Positions 61,518 to 64,000 of a stretch of 64,000 nt of DNA are shown one piece after another (positions within the stretch are counted from its first letter, which is position 1; the number at the start of each line of letters is the position of its first letter). Below the pieces are notes generated by a model that did no database searches, was not told the origin of the DNA, and saw only the letters and a program-made list of their open reading frames with translations. Position numbers and translations under genes: made by a program. The DNA comes from Octopus sinensis. Lineage: Eukaryota. Where the stretch lies: the NCBI RefSeq assembly GCF_006345805.1, contig NC_043021.1:11780001-11844000 (forward strand), given 5' to 3'.

Positions 61518-61960
61518 CAGTTTGTTGTACAATTTTGCAGCAATTGACATTAGAGATATACCCCTGTAGTTGGTGACGGAGGGATAAATCGCCTTTTTTG
61601 GGGTATTGGGATGATTTGAGATTGGTGCCAAATCTTTGGAGTTACAAAAGTGGAAAGTGTGTGGTTGCAAAGGTTGAGCAAAAGTGTGTGAAATCTATTA
61701 TCCTTCCAAATTGTGAAAGGTAGGAGAGTCCAGTTTGCTGGACATTGTTGTAGAGCTGAAAACGAGGCAATTTCTACTCTTCTCCTCTGGGAGCCATCTA
61801 CTTGCAATACCAGAGGGCGCACACTCTCCTACCCTGATGTAATCTCCAGGGATACAGGCATCGAGCAACAGGACCTCTGTAATGCTATGATGGACCGTGA
61901 AGTCTGGCGTAGCATGGTAAATTCCATTGTCTCGACCGTGGTCGAACAATGATGGTGATG
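61518..61960 (+). mobile_element. RTE-type LINE insertion with an inverted 5' segment and an 11-bp TSD, nested in a family A SINE
   Basis: TSD AGAGAACTGAT at 61507-61517 and 61961-61971. Minus-strand piece: IIPIP...NYRGISLMSIAAKLYNKL. Plus-strand piece: RRVQFAGHCCR...MMDREVWR, then a TGATGGTGATG tail. Confidence 0.85.
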
Positions 61961-62221
61961 AGAGAACTGATAGAATAAGTGTCAGGATTAAAAATAAAAG
62001 TACTGGGGTCGATTTGTTAGACTAAACCCTTCAAAGCAGTGTCTAGGCATGGCCACGGTCCAATGACTGAAACAAGTAGCAGATAAAAAGGTTCATATAA
62101 TGAAGTTCTGTATTCATATCCCATCGAAATCCTCTTTGCTTTTCATCCTCATAAAGAGGATAAAAAAATAAAGAAGCAGTAAGGTGCAGACATCGATTTA
62201 ATAGCCTGTATCCCTATCCCC

Positions 62222-62584
62222 GGATCTTTTCGATTTGAACGGCAGTTTTTTCTAGCAGTGTCCTATGAAATTGTCACCCATAATTATGACCCTAGTATCG
62301 ATCTATTGCATTTCAATCTGTTTTAGGGTTAGGGTTAAGGGTATCTTTTTTTTTCTTCACAAATGTAAATAAACCCAATCTGTTTCTTAAACGAGGGACA
62401 TATTCATACGGCACAGAATGTTTTTTTTTCACCTCAATAAACGTCAGTGATTGGTTGAAATTGCAGAAATTCAAGAAATAAAGCCAAGAGAAAAAGATGT
62501 TTTATAAACACATTCTACCAGTATACGAAGTTTAAAATTTTTTAGTTACCTAGAAATTATGTTAAAAACTAACCGAAAAGATCC
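62222..62584. mobile_element. MITE with 11-bp TIR and exact 8-bp TSD (Merlin- or hAT-like)
   Basis: TIR GGATCTTTTCG / CGAAAAGATCC; TSD CTATCCCC at 62214-62221 and 62585-62592. Confidence 0.8.
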
Positions 62585-63131
62585 CTATCCCCAAATAAAA
62601 GGTTTTGTGCCTATGTTATAAAGCAGTTATGAGCAACCTGCGAGTCTTTCTGAATGGCAGGCCTAACAAAAAACTACTTTCGGATTGTCTTTTTTTTTTT
62701 AATAGTGTAGCCGCTTCTCGAAAAAGATTGCCCATACTTTAAAAGCAATATATCTAAATATATTTTAATATATTTCCTCTTAATTTAATTCTCTCGTTCG
62801 CGCGCAGACTTTGCTGTCCTCAGACGAGGTCTCCTTTCACTACTTCTCTCGCTGACCTAAATAAACCGTTAAACGAGGTGCCGAAATTGATAACACCGCT
62901 GCCTTTTGAAGAGAATAATAATAATAATAATAAAATATATAAATAAATAAAAATTATCGACTGCTTGTGAAGTGTCTCCGGATCGCGTCTAGACGTAAGA
63001 ATTAAAACACGAGTACTCTCATTTAGCCGTGCGAATTGTGCAATCAATTAGGGAACCTACTTTCGCTATTCACCGCTTGCAGCATTTACTTTACTCAACG
63101 TTGTTGCAGTTGTTGTTTGTGTTGAAGAAAA

Positions 63132-63150
63132 ATGTCTGAAGAACCGACCG
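63132..63150 (+). CDS. Probable first coding exon (MSEEPT...) of a gene continuing beyond the window
   Basis: AAAATG context, ATGTCTGAAGAACCGACCG followed by a perfect GTAAGT donor; preceded by a non-repetitive CpG-rich region at about 62790-63120. Confidence 0.5.
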
Positions 63151-64000
63151 GTAAGTGGTATCTACTTTTGTTATTGTTTGGTGTTTCTTCGTTGATTTTC
63201 ATAAACGAGACAGAACTACTTTCGGTTCTCTCCCACCCCTATGTCTTGCATCGACAAATTCCTATAAAATTTCAAGGTGCTCAATATTAACCGACGTCTG
63301 CTTCGGGTGGATCCCTCGGTATATCTTAAATAAAACCACTGCATACGTGCATATATATATATGTATATATATATATATAATACTTGCATGTGCGTGTGTA
63401 TAGTTAAGGTTATTTTATTAATTTATCAACGCACTGATATTCATAATTAATTCACAGACCGTCGAGGTGTGTTGGTGCTGGGCGTGTTACCTTATTTAAT
63501 TATTTTCGTAAGCACGAAAAGAAAGAAATCCATACACGTTAATATAGAACAGTTCTTAACCTTGGCACAAGGCCAAATGTCTGCGGTAAGCGTGTGTACA
63601 CGATTGAATTGACTTCAAGGCTTTAATTATTTTTATTTTATTTTATCGACCCCCAAAATGATAAAAGGCGAAGTAGATACCGGTCGAATTGGAACTCAGA
63701 ATTGCTACTGAATGATAATAATAATACTTTCTCTTTTTGGCATAAGGCCTGGAATTTGATGGGAAGGGGTTAGTCGATTATATTGACTTTATAGTGCAAC
63801 TGATACTTATTTTATCGACCCCGAAAGGAAGAAATGCAAAGTCAACCACGGCGGAATTTAACCTTAGAACGTGAAGACGGACGAAATGCCGCTAAGCATT
63901 TATATCGGCGTGCTTAGCAATTTTGCCAGCTCGCCGCCTTAATAATTAATGATTTCAAATTGTAGTACTGGGCCAGCAATTTCGGTGGAGGGTGCAAGTC

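Noticed and set aside
62322-62342. TTAGGG telomere-like repeats
   Set aside because: Only two to three units, inside a MITE.

Overview
Eukaryotic, AT-rich, extremely repeat-dense window with the repeat landscape of an octopod cephalopod (Octopus-type tRNA-derived SINEs, (TA)n/(TG)n/(GAT)n/(TAA)n microsatellites). Two protein-coding genes are supported on the + strand. One is an intronless 1830-aa ORF (22209-27701) built from about six tandem NHL/TolB-like beta-propeller modules with a 15-unit acidic octapeptide repeat. The other is a five-exon YDJC carbohydrate deacetylase (39567-59253, 313 aa reconstructed by hand with consistent splice phases). Probable first exons of two further genes lie at about 5718-5800 (- strand) and 63132-63150 (+ strand). 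The most striking system is a full-length but decayed Tx1/L1-clade LINE (33629-38915) inserted with a 16-bp TSD inside the head of a tRNA-derived SINE. The LINE ends in the same 34-nt stem-loop tail as that SINE, and copies of the SINE form fixed-register 184-bp chains whose junctions fall at exactly the LINE insertion site. This suggests a self-targeting LINE/SINE pair. Also present: a 444-bp near-perfect palindrome carrying a type I hammerhead-ribozyme-like motif on each strand, a twin-primed (5'-inverted) RTE insertion with an 11-bp TSD, CR1, Gypsy, Tc1/mariner, piggyBac-type, Merlin/hAT-type and Helitron-like relics, and many SINEs (only representative copies are listed). Most short ORFs in the supplied track are repeat artefacts. 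All calls are by eye; no database searches were run.
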